From NCBI RefSeq assembly GCF_000011805.1, contig NC_006840.2: a DNA stretch of 32,000 bases; one strand, given 5' to 3'. The position numbers were made by a program, and so were the translations under genes. Position 1 is the stretch's first letter. Each line of letters begins with the position of its first letter. Under the pieces are notes generated by a model that saw only the letters and a list, made by a program, of their open reading frames with translations, ran no database searches and had not been told where the DNA came from. This document shows, piece by piece, positions 1 to 9,849 of the stretch. The stretch is from Aliivibrio fischeri ES114. GTDB taxonomy: Bacteria; Pseudomonadota; Gammaproteobacteria; Enterobacterales; Vibrionaceae.

Positions 1-28
1 CCATCATAGATGTCCTTTATCCAAACAT

Positions 29-57
29 AAAAAAAGCTTCTTGATCACAGAAGCTTT
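29..57 (-). terminator. Intrinsic terminator downstream of pldA
   Basis: 8-bp stem aagcttct/agaagctt with a 7-nt loop. On the minus strand it is followed by a T-run (A-run 29-35 on the plus strand). It sits 29 nt past the pldA stop. Confidence 0.5.
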
Positions 58-85
58 AAATTTTTCGCAATAAATAGCACTGGCA

Positions 86-859
86 TTAATTTGGCGGCAT
101 TAATTTAATACCAAGACCAATTCGAGTTTGATCATGGTTATAATCAATTAAGGTTTCCCCATACCCTTTCCATGCTTGTACGTATAAACCAACAAATTTA
201 TTGACGTTTAATGTATAACCAAGCTCAGCACCACCTTTATCGGTTTCGAAATTATAATGGAAACGAGTACTGAGTGTTCCAATATCATTACCGACAGAAG
301 CCCAAACATCATAATTACCTAAATAATCCGTAATATCTTCGTTATTTTCTTCATCAGCAATGACATACCAAGCTCTAACGCCATATTGTACAGGGCCATC
401 AATTCGTTCTAATGCGCCATAAATGCGATCCCAACTACGAGATAAACTTGCTGTTTGACCATTAGATTCATGCATATAACCAAATTCAGCATTGTTAAAA
501 ATCAACATATTTGACTGATGCATCAAGAAAAATTGTGGCTTATAGTTAGTTTCTCTAAAAGGGGATGAAATATCGCTGTTACCCAACTGCCATAATGACT
601 TTTGTGTATAAGCAAACATGATTGAGGAACTTTGACTAACTGGGAACAAAGGTACTGCAAATGAAAATTTGAATTTCACTTCAACATCATGAAGGCCATC
701 AGCATCTTCAAAACCACCATCAATATAGGTTTGTTTGTTCAAATCACTAATATAAGAACCTAAAATATAGCTATCTTCATAGGCATGTATACGATTTAAC
801 TCTTTTGCGAACGATAAAGAGGGTATTGCCAATGCAATTAATAGCATCCATTTTTTCAT
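86..859 (-). CDS. pldA: Outer membrane phospholipase A (PldA)
   Basis: The start was moved to the ATG at 859 (MKKWMLLIALAIPSLSFA signal peptide). It carries YTQKSLWQ, FRETNYKPQ, the catalytic HESNG motif and the C-terminal ...GETLIDYNHDQTRIGLGIKL, and is colinear with E. coli PldA as I recall it. Confidence 0.85.
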   Translation of the reverse strand: MKKWMLLIALAIPSLSFAKELNRIHAYEDSYILGSYISDLNKQTYIDGGFEDADGLHDVEVKFKFSFAVPLFPVSQSSSIMFAYTQKSLWQLGNSDISSPFRETNYKPQFFLMHQSNMLIFNNAEFGYMHESNGQTASLSRSWDRIYGALERIDGPVQYGVRAWYVIADEENNEDITDYLGNYDVWASVGNDIGTLSTRFHYNFETDKGGAELGYTLNVNKFVGLYVQAWKGYGETLIDYNHDQTRIGLGIKLMPPN

Positions 860-954
860 AGTCGACCTTTTGTCATTAATTTGCTTTTTTATTGTTAATG
901 CAAAAAGCATACCTAATAACTAAGGTTTTTATTCATACATTCATAATGTTAATA

Positions 955-3297
955 CTATTTGATATCAACTGTTCGACTTGCTTTCTTATACTGCAATTTC
1001 CAACCCGACCAACTTGGTAGCTCCCAGCGTTTAACATCACCTTTACGTTGTCCTTTATGATAATGCAGCAAAATTCGCTTACTTCTCGGAAAATATTCAA
1101 CCGACAATACAAGATCTGGTAGCACAACTTTCTGAGGGTAAGAATCTAGAAAATCTTGAAGCTCCCACTCAGGGATACCATGAAAAACAAAATCTGTTTC
1201 ATCAAATAATTCCATCTCATCAATTGAGCTCACACCAAGAGCTTCTAATTGCTCTTTAAACCAACTCTCAAATGTGACAGAAGAGACTTCTTTATTATTT
1301 AACTGGCAATACAGTTTCCAAGCGGCAATCTCCTTCTCTCTTGCTTCTTTTAATTTAGGCATAAGTAAACCGCTATCAACTTGATTGAGGATCACTGCGA
1401 TATTATCGGTATTATCAGGGGCGACGAATTCCGTTTTCAACTTCCGATTTGCATAAAAGTATTCATGTATTATTTTAAATTCACCATCCTGATTTATTAC
1501 CTCTCCACTTCGACACTCAGCTAATCCAGAATTTAAAACTAACGATAAATCAATCGGTGCCAGTGCCGTCGCAATGGTTAATGTCTGCTTAGAGCCTCTG
1601 CCCGGTAAAGAAAATTGATCAAAAACCAACGCAGCTTCATACGATGATGGAAAACAACTGTTGCGGCCGAGTAAAACTTCTTGCTTCTCATTACCAAATG
1701 CTTCTTTTCGCTTTTCTCTTCTAACAAAAACTAATTCTGGTAATTTTTCTACGAGTTGCAGTAATACTTCTTCACGCTTAATGCGACTACTTACTTCTAA
1801 ATCAGGTAAACCAAGTTCATCTCGGATCTGTATTGATAATTTACGAGCTTCAGATTGCAGCTCTTTATCAACAATAACTCCTTCACATGAATGACCGCGA
1901 ACGATAGAAATTAACGTAATAAGATCACAACCTTTAGGATTCCAACGAGTAAATTCCTCTAATGCATCTTGTTTTTTAGATATTGAATAGAGTTTGTTTG
2001 ATACCGATAAAGCAGAAACTAAATCAACAATGGTTTCTTTCTCTGCCTTTCCAATAATCACCGAAAGCATATGTGAAAATAGCGTATCAATCGGTAAAGG
2101 AAAAAGTCGACGCCCGTAATCAGTTATCTCACCCTGTTCATTCAATGCTTTCATCGCTTGAAGCTTTAATTCAGCATTACTCAGAGATGCCATTGGTAGC
2201 ACTTCTAGAAATGGCATATTACGTAAAACAAAGTCACAACTTGCTGCTGCTAGCATAGGCTCCACTAGCTCTTCCCGTTGCAACTCTGGTGGTGTTGTTT
2301 TTTCTAATGGCGCAAATTCACCATACATATGAATTGCCGTACCCGCTTGCGTTCTCCCTGCTCGACCAGATCGTTGGGATACATTTGCTTTAGAAATCGC
2401 TTGTAATGATAACGTTGTTCGCCCATTTCGTTGATGAGTTCTCCGCTCTAGGCCTGAATCAATAACAACCGTAATATTCGGGATAGTTAAAGAAGTCTCT
2501 GCGACGTTCGTTGAAAATACAAATCGTTGCTGACCAGATGGGGTCAATACTTGTTGGCGAATATCATCACTCACCCCAGCATATAGAGGAAGAATAAGAA
2601 CGTCTTGGAATTTACTTCGTACAACTTGGATACATTGTTGAATTTCTTTTTTACCTGGTAAGAAAATTAATACATCACCATGTTCATTTTGAGCACTTAA
2701 ACTCATTAATATATTCAATATACGTACCTCTAAATCCTTATTTGAAGGCATGTCTTGAGAATGTGTAGATATATAACGATGAGTTACTGGGTACTGACGA
2801 CCTTTTGATTTTAATACATCAGCATCAATATACTGAGCCAACGAAGTACTATCCATTGTAGCGGATGTTAAGATAAGACGATGTTGCTGGTGTAGCTTTA
2901 ATAAGGAGAGTAATAGATCACTATCCCAGCGACGTTCATGAAATTCATCAATAATAACGATTTTGAAATCGACTAATCGATCTTCCATAAACCATTTTAA
3001 TGCGATCCCCGGAGTTACAAATACCACTTTACTTTTATCTGTGTATTGAGCATCTAGCTTAATCGCGTACCCAATATCATCACCTACTGTTTGCTCGTGT
3101 TGAGTTGATAGGTAATCCGCTAAAGCAGTACAAGCTATACGACGAGGCTCAACAACTAATACCCTTCCATGTTCAGCTGCCCACACTGGTAAATGAGTGG
3201 ATTTTCCTGAACCTGTTTCAGATTCAACCACTAAATTTTTATGGTTAACTAAAGATGAAAACTCATCGTATAAGGCATTAATTGGTAATAAAGACAT
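955..3297 (-). CDS. DExH/DEAH-box ATP-dependent helicase, HrpA/HrpB-like
   Basis: 780 aa. Motif I is ETGSGKST, motif II DEFHERR, motif III TSAT and motif VI QRSGRAGR. The helicase core starts at the N-terminus, as in HrpB. I do not recognise the C-terminal ~200 aa. Confidence 0.8.
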   Translation of the reverse strand: MSLLPINALYDEFSSLVNHKNLVVESETGSGKSTHLPVWAAEHGRVLVVEPRRIACTALADYLSTQHEQTVGDDIGYAIKLDAQYTDKSKVVFVTPGIALKWFMEDRLVDFKIVIIDEFHERRWDSDLLLSLLKLHQQHRLILTSATMDSTSLAQYIDADVLKSKGRQYPVTHRYISTHSQDMPSNKDLEVRILNILMSLSAQNEHGDVLIFLPGKKEIQQCIQVVRSKFQDVLILPLYAGVSDDIRQQVLTPSGQQRFVFSTNVAETSLTIPNITVVIDSGLERRTHQRNGRTTLSLQAISKANVSQRSGRAGRTQAGTAIHMYGEFAPLEKTTPPELQREELVEPMLAAASCDFVLRNMPFLEVLPMASLSNAELKLQAMKALNEQGEITDYGRRLFPLPIDTLFSHMLSVIIGKAEKETIVDLVSALSVSNKLYSISKKQDALEEFTRWNPKGCDLITLISIVRGHSCEGVIVDKELQSEARKLSIQIRDELGLPDLEVSSRIKREEVLLQLVEKLPELVFVRREKRKEAFGNEKQEVLLGRNSCFPSSYEAALVFDQFSLPGRGSKQTLTIATALAPIDLSLVLNSGLAECRSGEVINQDGEFKIIHEYFYANRKLKTEFVAPDNTDNIAVILNQVDSGLLMPKLKEAREKEIAAWKLYCQLNNKEVSSVTFESWFKEQLEALGVSSIDEMELFDETDFVFHGIPEWELQDFLDSYPQKVVLPDLVLSVEYFPRSKRILLHYHKGQRKGDVKRWELPSWSGWKLQYKKASRTVDIK

Positions 3298-3451
3298 ATA
3301 AACCGAAAGATAATAGAATATTTCACTACTTTAACGGATTTGATTGATAAAAACATGACTCTATTCGCACTTTATTTTCAATCACGCTTTGATATTTGCT
3401 TAAAGTAGGCATAGGATCTGTGGTTCATTCTCGATTTGAAGAAGCCTAACG

Positions 3452-5140
3452 ATGAATAACAACAAACGTCCCCTATATATCCCTTATGCAGGTCCTGCAC
3501 TTCTAAGTACTCCTCTACTCAATAAAGGTAGCGCATTCAGTACTACAGAGCGTAAATATTTTAACTTAGAAGGTTTGCTTCCTGAGGCGATTGAGAGTAT
3601 CGAAGAACAAACAGGTCGTGCTTACAAGCAATATCAAAATTTTGAAAATGATATGGATAAGCATATTTACCTACGTAATATTCAAGATACAAACGAGACT
3701 CTTTTCTACCGTTTAGTACAAAACCACATTAGTGAAATGATGCCAATCATTTATACACCAACGGTAGGTGCAGCTTGTGAGAACTTCTCAAATATATACC
3801 GACGTGGCCGTGGTTTGTTTATCTCTTATGAAAACAAAAACCGCATTGATGATTTATTGAATAATGCCGCTAACCAAAACGTTAAAGTAATTGTAGTTAC
3901 TGATGGTGAACGAATTCTTGGTCTTGGTGATCAGGGGATCGGCGGTATGGGTATTCCTATCGGGAAACTGGCATTATATACCGCATGTGGTGGTATCAGC
4001 CCTGCTCATACATTACCTATCGTACTTGATGTAGGTACAAATAACCCTCAACGTCTTGCTGATCCTATGTATATGGGCTGGCGTCACCCTCGTGTTACTG
4101 GCGACGAATACGCTGATTTTGTTGAAGATTTCATTCAAGCTGTACAACGTCGTTGGCCTGAAGCCCTAGTTCAATTTGAAGATTTTGCACAAAAAAATGC
4201 AATGCCTTTACTTGAGCGTTACAAAAACCGAATTTGTTGTTTTAATGATGATATTCAAGGTACTGCAGCAGTTACTGTTGGTTCATTACTTGCCGCTTGT
4301 AAAGCTGCTGGCAGTTCTTTATCAGAACAACGAGTTACTTTCCTAGGCGCAGGCTCTGCTGGTTGTGGTATTGCTGAGGCAATCATTGCACAGATGGTAT
4401 CAGAAGGAATTTCTGATGCACAAGCTCGCTCACAAGTATATATGGTTGACCGTTGGGGTCTATTACAAGAAGGTATGCCGAATCTATTAGATTTCCAACA
4501 GCGTCTTGTACAAAAAGCTGAAAACACAAAAGATTGGGTTTCTGAGGAACCTAACTTCTCACTTGTTGATGTTATGCGTAATGCAAAACCAACCGTATTA
4601 ATTGGTGTATCTGGTGCTCCTGGCTTATTTAGTAAAGAAGTAATCCAAGAGATGCACAAGCATTGTGAACGACCAATTGTTTTCCCTCTATCAAACCCAA
4701 CAAGCCGTGTAGAGGCTACACCAAACGATATTATTCGTTGGACTGATGGTCAGGCACTAGTAGCAACAGGAAGCCCGTTTGATCCTGTTGCACACAATGG
4801 CCAAACTTATCCAATTGCTCAGTGTAATAATAGCTTTATCTTCCCAGGTATTGGCTTAGGTGTATTAGCTATTAAAGCAACTCGTGTAACGGATGAAATG
4901 CTGATGGAATCAAGTCGAGCACTAGCTGAATGCTCTCCACTGGCTATTCACGGTACTGGTGCATTACTTCCACCACTGGAAGAAATTCACAGCGTATCAA
5001 AACGAATCGCATTTGCTGTAGCTAAAAAAGCAATTGAACAAGGCCATGCGCTTGAAATCACAGATGAAGCGCTTCAGCAAAAAATTGAAAGCTACTTTTG
5101 GAAACCGGTATACCGTCGTTACAAACGAACAGCATTCTAA
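3452..5140 (+). CDS. maeA: NAD-dependent malic enzyme
   Basis: 562 aa, near-colinear with E. coli MaeA/SfcA. Shared blocks include [63 protein letters not shown] and [13 protein letters not shown]. Confidence 0.95.
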   Translation: MNNNKRPLYIPYAGPALLSTPLLNKGSAFSTTERKYFNLEGLLPEAIESIEEQTGRAYKQYQNFENDMDKHIYLRNIQDTNETLFYRLVQNHISEMMPIIYTPTVGAACENFSNIYRRGRGLFISYENKNRIDDLLNNAANQNVKVIVVTDGERILGLGDQGIGGMGIPIGKLALYTACGGISPAHTLPIVLDVGTNNPQRLADPMYMGWRHPRVTGDEYADFVEDFIQAVQRRWPEALVQFEDFAQKNAMPLLERYKNRICCFNDDIQGTAAVTVGSLLAACKAAGSSLSEQRVTFLGAGSAGCGIAEAIIAQMVSEGISDAQARSQVYMVDRWGLLQEGMPNLLDFQQRLVQKAENTKDWVSEEPNFSLVDVMRNAKPTVLIGVSGAPGLFSKEVIQEMHKHCERPIVFPLSNPTSRVEATPNDIIRWTDGQALVATGSPFDPVAHNGQTYPIAQCNNSFIFPGIGLGVLAIKATRVTDEMLMESSRALAECSPLAIHGTGALLPPLEEIHSVSKRIAFAVAKKAIEQGHALEITDEALQQKIESYFWKPVYRRYKRTAF

Positions 5141-5160
5141 TAAGTACATGATTTAACTAT

Positions 5161-5192
5161 AAACCAGAGTAACTATTGCTCTGGTTTTTTTT
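5161..5192 (+). terminator. Intrinsic terminator of maeA
   Basis: aaaccagag...ctctggttt stem followed by a run of eight T. Confidence 0.7.
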
Positions 5193-5250
5193 CAACTTTT
5201 GCTAAGCCTGGCCGATATATTTAATATGAATAAATAATCTTATAGACCTT

Positions 5251-5583
5251 ATGAACCAAATACTTTCTTTTTTTAATACCTTGGGCAGTTATTTAACTCC
5301 TTATTTATCTGATATCTCAGTAGCGATGATTGCTTGTGCACTTGTCATGCTAGGTGGTGATATTAACCGTGCATTAAGAGCTTTCTTAGCTGGAAAGCAC
5401 TTTTTAATTCGTACCTGTGCTTTTATTGGTATTAACGCTTTTGGATATGGATTGTTGATTGTAAAAGCATCACCATTTCTCACATCTGCTTTGCGTTCTA
5501 TACAACCTGCTTTTATGCTTGCTATTGTTTTTTCGACCTTTATTATTATCGGTATATGGGCACAAAAAAATCGTCAAGTATGA
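5251..5583 (+). CDS. Small inner-membrane protein of unknown function (about 3 TM segments)
   Basis: 110-aa ORF with hydrophobic segments, 27 nt upstream of sanA on the same strand. No motif recognised. Confidence 0.55.
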   Translation: MNQILSFFNTLGSYLTPYLSDISVAMIACALVMLGGDINRALRAFLAGKHFLIRTCAFIGINAFGYGLLIVKASPFLTSALRSIQPAFMLAIVFSTFIIIGIWAQKNRQV

Positions 5584-5609
5584 TCATGATGCATTAAAGT
5601 TGAGGGATA

Positions 5610-6287
5610 ATGGCAGTTTCAAAAATAGAGATATTTAAGAAGTGGATAAAAATAGTTTTGATCGTAGTTATCGCTGCAACATCGGCTATTTTGACTCCCG
5701 ATGTCTATATGTCACTATCAACACAATCACAACTTTATAAACAGGTTGAAGCTCTTCCAGAGCAAGAAACGGCTCTGGTTCTTGGCACGAGCAAGTATAT
5801 TCGTCGTACATTAAACCCTTACTACCAATATCGCATTGATGCCGCAATTGAATTATTCAAGCAAAATAAAGTTTCGCATTTTTTACTCAGTGGAGATAAT
5901 GCTCATCGTTCATATAACGAACCATGGACAATGAAGCGAGACTTATTAAAAGCAGGAATACCAGAAGATAGAATAACATTAGACTATGCAGGGTTTCGTA
6001 CTCTAGATTCCGTTCAGCGAGCAAAAGAAATTTTTGATGCAAATAGCTTAACGATCGTTTCACAACAGTTTCATTGCCAACGAGCTGTTTTCATTGCGAA
6101 TCATTTCGATATGGATACGGTTTGTTTAGTCGTTCCATCCCCTTCTGGCTGGGCGAATACAAAAATTAGATTTAGAGAAGTATTAGCAAGAACCAAAGCA
6201 GTATTAGATTTATATATTTTTAATGTACAGCCTAAATTCCTTGGGCCTAAAGAACCTATTGATCACAGAACTCTCCCTAAAGAATAA
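5610..6287 (+). CDS. sanA: SanA (DUF218 / vancomycin high-temperature exclusion protein)
   Basis: N-terminal TM segment, then LVLGTSKY, YYQYRIDAA, LLSGDNAHRSYNEP, LDYAGFRTLDS, QQFHCQRA and FLGP blocks matching E. coli SanA as recalled. Confidence 0.85.
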   Translation: MAVSKIEIFKKWIKIVLIVVIAATSAILTPDVYMSLSTQSQLYKQVEALPEQETALVLGTSKYIRRTLNPYYQYRIDAAIELFKQNKVSHFLLSGDNAHRSYNEPWTMKRDLLKAGIPEDRITLDYAGFRTLDSVQRAKEIFDANSLTIVSQQFHCQRAVFIANHFDMDTVCLVVPSPSGWANTKIRFREVLARTKAVLDLYIFNVQPKFLGPKEPIDHRTLPKE

Positions 6288-6310
6288 CTCACCAGAAACC
6301 ATTAGATATA

Positions 6311-6338
6311 AAAACCCTAGCTTCAGCAGCTAGGGTTT
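6311..6338. terminator. Shared hairpin between convergent sanA and the diguanylate cyclase gene
   Basis: 11-bp stem aaaccctagct/agctagggttt with a 5-nt loop. The T-tracts on both strands are short. Confidence 0.5.
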
Positions 6339-6342
6339 GAAC

Positions 6343-7674
6343 TTAATTCATATAATGTATATTTGAACTTGAGTTAACAATATTAGAACTGGTTTTTACA
6401 TTGTTCCGTCCTGCATTCTTAGCTTTAAATAAAGCATCATCAGCACGAGCAATCACCTCAGTAATCCGTTCATCCTTCATCTCTGCAACACCAAGACTGC
6501 ATGTTAAGCGTTCATTATGGCACCATAAGTGATGCTCTACAGTGCGACGTATAAGCTCTGCTTTTTCTTCTGCCTGTTGAAGATCATTATTTGGAGAAAA
6601 TACGATAAATTCTTCCCCTCCCCAACGAACCAAAAAATCAGTACTTTTTATTGCTCCAGTAATCACTAAAACAAACTCTCTTAAAATATCATCACCAGTT
6701 TGATGCCCTAAGTCATCATTCACTTTTTTAAAGAAATCAATATCTATATAAATTACAGAAAAGGTTTGCTTGCCCCAACGAACTTGTTGCGACATACGTT
6801 CTAGCCAATCACGAACAGCATTACGGTTACGAGCACCCGTTAAGGAGTCTCGATGAGCCAATTCTGCAAACTCTACATTTTTCTCTTTTAACGTATCATT
6901 TAATTTACGTAAACGACTTTCACGATAAGTACTGGCTTTTAATCGCTTATTTAATGCACGCTGTTCATATAAAACATAAGCAATAATAACAACAAGCCAT
7001 GCACCTAGAATCGTTTTTAATAAGGTTGTTTCTTTAATCCAAACACCTCGTAATTCAATACTGTTTATAGTCATTTCGAAATGACCTTCGCTTACTCCTG
7101 AAGCGGTAGCTATTTCAATGATAGAAACATTCGAAAACTCAGGTGACGCATGTTCTACCGCAACTTTGTAATCCGCTATCCACCAAGTAAGTACCTGGAA
7201 ATCAGATAAGCTAATCTCTTTAGGACCAGTATTAAAACCTGGTTCATACTCAATCCCATTAAATTTCAACGATGCCGCGTCATTACGCTTAGTATATGCA
7301 GGGTTACTATTACGTAAATAAACTCGTAAACGGCCATTTGGGTCCGAGTTTTTATAATCAATATCTAAAACAAGCTTTGAATAATCAGAAAGATCAATAC
7401 CCTCAAACATACTGTCTGATAAATGAATTGCAGCTTCGCAATATGGCCAAGCATAATTGCCTTGTTTAAGATCGCACTTAATTGTCGGTTTATTATTAGT
7501 TTGAACTAAAACCGAATCACTAATACCACCAACTTTACGATCATCCGTTGCATAATATTGATATTTTTCGGGATTGATGGTTAATGTTTTTGAGTCACCA
7601 TCAAAGTGATACCAAACAAGAATGCCTGTCGACAGTATTAACATCACCACTGCAATTTTTTGAAAAATGCTCAT
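6343..7674 (-). CDS. Membrane-anchored diguanylate cyclase (GGDEF domain, GGEEF active site) with a ~200-aa periplasmic sensor domain
   Basis: N-terminal TM, a periplasmic region, a second TM (LGAWLVVIIAYVLY), a coiled linker, then a GGDEF domain (RDSLTGARNR, IDIDFFKKVNDDLGH, RWGGEEF at 6607-6621). Confidence 0.9.
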   Translation of the reverse strand: MSIFQKIAVVMLILSTGILVWYHFDGDSKTLTINPEKYQYYATDDRKVGGISDSVLVQTNNKPTIKCDLKQGNYAWPYCEAAIHLSDSMFEGIDLSDYSKLVLDIDYKNSDPNGRLRVYLRNSNPAYTKRNDAASLKFNGIEYEPGFNTGPKEISLSDFQVLTWWIADYKVAVEHASPEFSNVSIIEIATASGVSEGHFEMTINSIELRGVWIKETTLLKTILGAWLVVIIAYVLYEQRALNKRLKASTYRESRLRKLNDTLKEKNVEFAELAHRDSLTGARNRNAVRDWLERMSQQVRWGKQTFSVIYIDIDFFKKVNDDLGHQTGDDILREFVLVITGAIKSTDFLVRWGGEEFIVFSPNNDLQQAEEKAELIRRTVEHHLWCHNERLTCSLGVAEMKDERITEVIARADDALFKAKNAGRNNVKTSSNIVNSSSNIHYMN

Positions 7675-7922
7675 AGTAATCCTTTACGCAAATCCTTAAT
7701 TATTTTGATCTTCATTCCAAAAAAATAATACCCCACTTATTTTTCATCGCAAAGAAATAAAAATACGATATATCACGAAAAGAAGAACTTACATTCTGTT
7801 TTATGATGTAGCTCAAAAAACAATAAGTGCATTCACGCAGCAAAGATAAACCATTGATTTAAGTGTCATTAAACTGTCCCTTCGCCATATTTTTGTCACA
7901 CACTCTAAAAAATGCAATCAAT

Positions 7923-7946
7923 AAAAAAGCGCCTGTTTAGGCGCTT
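7923..7946 (-). terminator. Intrinsic terminator of the MipA-like OMP gene
   Basis: aagcgcc/ggcgctt stem. On the minus strand it is followed by a T-run (A-run 7923-7928 on the plus strand). It lies 25 nt after the stop. Confidence 0.65.
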
Positions 7947-7970
7947 AAGAAATGAGGTTGGAAATTAAAC

Positions 7971-9311
7971 TTATAAGTCAAATTGTAAGTAAACTGAATT
8001 ATAATTACTTCCACCTTTAATTCTTCCGTATTGTGATGAATTTTCGAAAATGGCAGAACGATGATGGATGCTATATCCTAGCCAGACACTGTCCCACTCT
8101 CTTTTATTGAAAAGATCGCCCAAATTAATATCAAAAGAAAAATCTAAATAATTTAATAATTTACTTTCTCGATATCCTTTTCTATCCATCTCTGTTTGTT
8201 CTATATATGATACGTGATTGATGTATGATAACCCCTCAGCTACACCAAAACGCCATTTCGTTGGCCAGGGAATTGTCGCATAAGCCTTTATGGCCACAAC
8301 AAATTCTGAACTAAGATTCTGAACATCTGATTTCCAGTGTTGAACATAACCAGGCGTTAAATATAGATCAAGAGGAAGTGAAAACAACTCATCAGTCAGA
8401 GGTAAACCATAAAATACCGAAGTCATTTGGTTATTATGCGGATCTTTTTCTGAATCTAAACGAATAATATCACCAATATTAGATGGTGTTGCCCATCCAT
8501 GAGCAACTCTCAAATAAGGTTTATTACCAATATTTTTTCTTGTTGATTGACCTTCTTCAGCAAAGAAACCGACACCAAGAAAATATTCATACTCCCAACG
8601 ATTATCAATATATTGACTATCGTATGCATTATCATCTAATCGAGAAACATAAGTTCCACCAAGAAGGTAAAGATTTGAAACTACGTGGTAGCGAGACATA
8701 AAGCCCGCTTTAAAATCAATTCCCGAACCAATACTTTGGCTAGAATCATCACTCAGGCCGTAATAGTAATTGTTAAACTCAGCTTCTTTAAATCGAGTTT
8801 CGATTGTTGGATTAAACCACCAATCACCAGAACTAATTTCAGCCCCTAACTTAAAATTTAAATAGGAACGAAACTCAGGGTCTACCATCACTTCTGAGTC
8901 AAAAAACCATTCATCATTTATTTGATAACGCGCTTGAAGGCCAGTATCAACAACATCTCCACCCGCTTTATTCTGCACTTCTTTTGGCAAATCAAAATAA
9001 CGTAGCCTCATTAAAGCACTAAATTGCCAATCGCTCGCTTCATAAAGATAAACGCCACCTTCCATGCCGTTTATAAACACGTATTCATTTTCAAAAAACA
9101 TCATTGGAATGAAAGTTGAAACTGTTTCTGATTCAGTTTCATAAGGAATGCTTGCTGTTCTAATTACCCCGGCAATACCCCAGTTTTTTTCAGTTTCTAA
9201 TGATTCTTCATTTGTATTTTTGGCCTCTTCCGCAATCGAGAAAAAACTTATAAATAAAAATGAAAATATCCAGTTCAATGATTTTTTTTGAAAATAAAAA
9301 AGATTAGACAA
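7971..9311 (-). CDS. Outer membrane protein: N-terminal MipA/OmpV-like domain plus a C-terminal ~190-aa PagL-like (lipid A deacylase-like) domain
   Basis: Signal peptide. The N half has the MipA pattern (IPYETE..., FINGMEGGVYLY, NNYYYGLS, YVSRLDDNA). The C half ends in IHHRSAIFE...GGSNYNSVYLQF, which resembles the H-x-S catalytic region and terminal strand of the PagL family. The C-domain call is tentative. Confidence 0.7.
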   Translation of the reverse strand: MSNLFYFQKKSLNWIFSFLFISFFSIAEEAKNTNEESLETEKNWGIAGVIRTASIPYETESETVSTFIPMMFFENEYVFINGMEGGVYLYEASDWQFSALMRLRYFDLPKEVQNKAGGDVVDTGLQARYQINDEWFFDSEVMVDPEFRSYLNFKLGAEISSGDWWFNPTIETRFKEAEFNNYYYGLSDDSSQSIGSGIDFKAGFMSRYHVVSNLYLLGGTYVSRLDDNAYDSQYIDNRWEYEYFLGVGFFAEEGQSTRKNIGNKPYLRVAHGWATPSNIGDIIRLDSEKDPHNNQMTSVFYGLPLTDELFSLPLDLYLTPGYVQHWKSDVQNLSSEFVVAIKAYATIPWPTKWRFGVAEGLSYINHVSYIEQTEMDRKGYRESKLLNYLDFSFDINLGDLFNKREWDSVWLGYSIHHRSAIFENSSQYGRIKGGSNYNSVYLQFDL

Positions 9312-9450
9312 AATAGCTCTCTAAATGAATAAATTTTGATATATGTGATGAACAGATAAGCAATTGAAGTAAAAAACAATTCAATCAACTTTATAATTTG
9401 AGTATAGTGTCGTTATTAAAAAATATAAATCATCGCCTTGAGAAATTAAC

Positions 9451-9819
9451 GTGAAAATTTCAGAATTGATTCAAAATTTACAAAGCATTCAAAAAGAACA
9501 TGGCAATGATATTGAAGTCGTTACAGGTGAAGAGTGGTTCCCTGAACAACTGTTAACTTCTTCAGTTAATCATAATATGGCTTTTTTAAAGTTTGATCGC
9601 TTACCTTGTGATATTCCAGCAGAGATAGATGCCCGAGGTTTTCTAGAGCACGAAGAAATTTTAATAAAACAATTAGTAAACAATGTAATTTTTAGCGAAC
9701 TAGAACCAGAAATGATGGTAGATAAACTAACTGACATGCTCGTATTTAGTCATGAAAATATCAGTTGTGATGTTATCGAACATTTTAGTCAATTAGAAAA
9801 TAAAAAAATAGGCGTATAA
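9451..9819 (+). CDS. Hypothetical acidic protein (GTG start)
   Basis: 122-aa ORF followed immediately by a terminator. No recognisable motif. The start codon is GTG with only a weak gaga Shine-Dalgarno. Confidence 0.45.
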   Translation: MKISELIQNLQSIQKEHGNDIEVVTGEEWFPEQLLTSSVNHNMAFLKFDRLPCDIPAEIDARGFLEHEEILIKQLVNNVIFSELEPEMMVDKLTDMLVFSHENISCDVIEHFSQLENKKIGV

Positions 9820-9834
9820 CACGCCTATTTTTTA
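9802..9834. terminator. Bidirectional terminator between the 9451 ORF and the ECF operon
   Basis: ataggcgt/acgcctat stem flanked by an A-run on the left and a T-run on the right. It overlaps the stop codon at 9817-9819. Confidence 0.65.
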
Positions 9835-9849
9835 TCTTAATTAATAATA

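Noticed and set aside
860-910. Longer pldA start (MLFALTIKKQ...)
   Set aside because: The internal ATG at 859 begins a canonical signal peptide (MKKWMLLIALAIPSLSFA). The upstream extension has no signal-peptide logic.
933-1127. 64-aa ORF overlapping the helicase 3' end
   Set aside because: It is out of frame with, and contained in, the helicase gene and its downstream spacer, with no supporting signals.
86-3297. Helicase plus phospholipase as a two-gene anti-phage defence module
   Set aside because: The phospholipase is canonical outer-membrane PldA, with a signal peptide, a beta-barrel and the HxSNG motif, not a cytoplasmic patatin or PLD effector. The helicase is a housekeeping-type DExH enzyme. 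Nothing else in the context suggests defence.
4255-4659. 134-aa antisense ORF inside maeA. Similar antisense or overlapping ORFs occur at 1661-1894, 2073-2258, 8483-8701, 9956-10141, 11989-12189, 16554-17080, 17719-17904, 20007-20450, 21624-21830 and 27272-27535.
   Set aside because: Each is embedded in a much longer, well-supported gene on the other strand or in another frame. They have low-complexity or Ser/Arg/Cys-rich composition and no start-site context.
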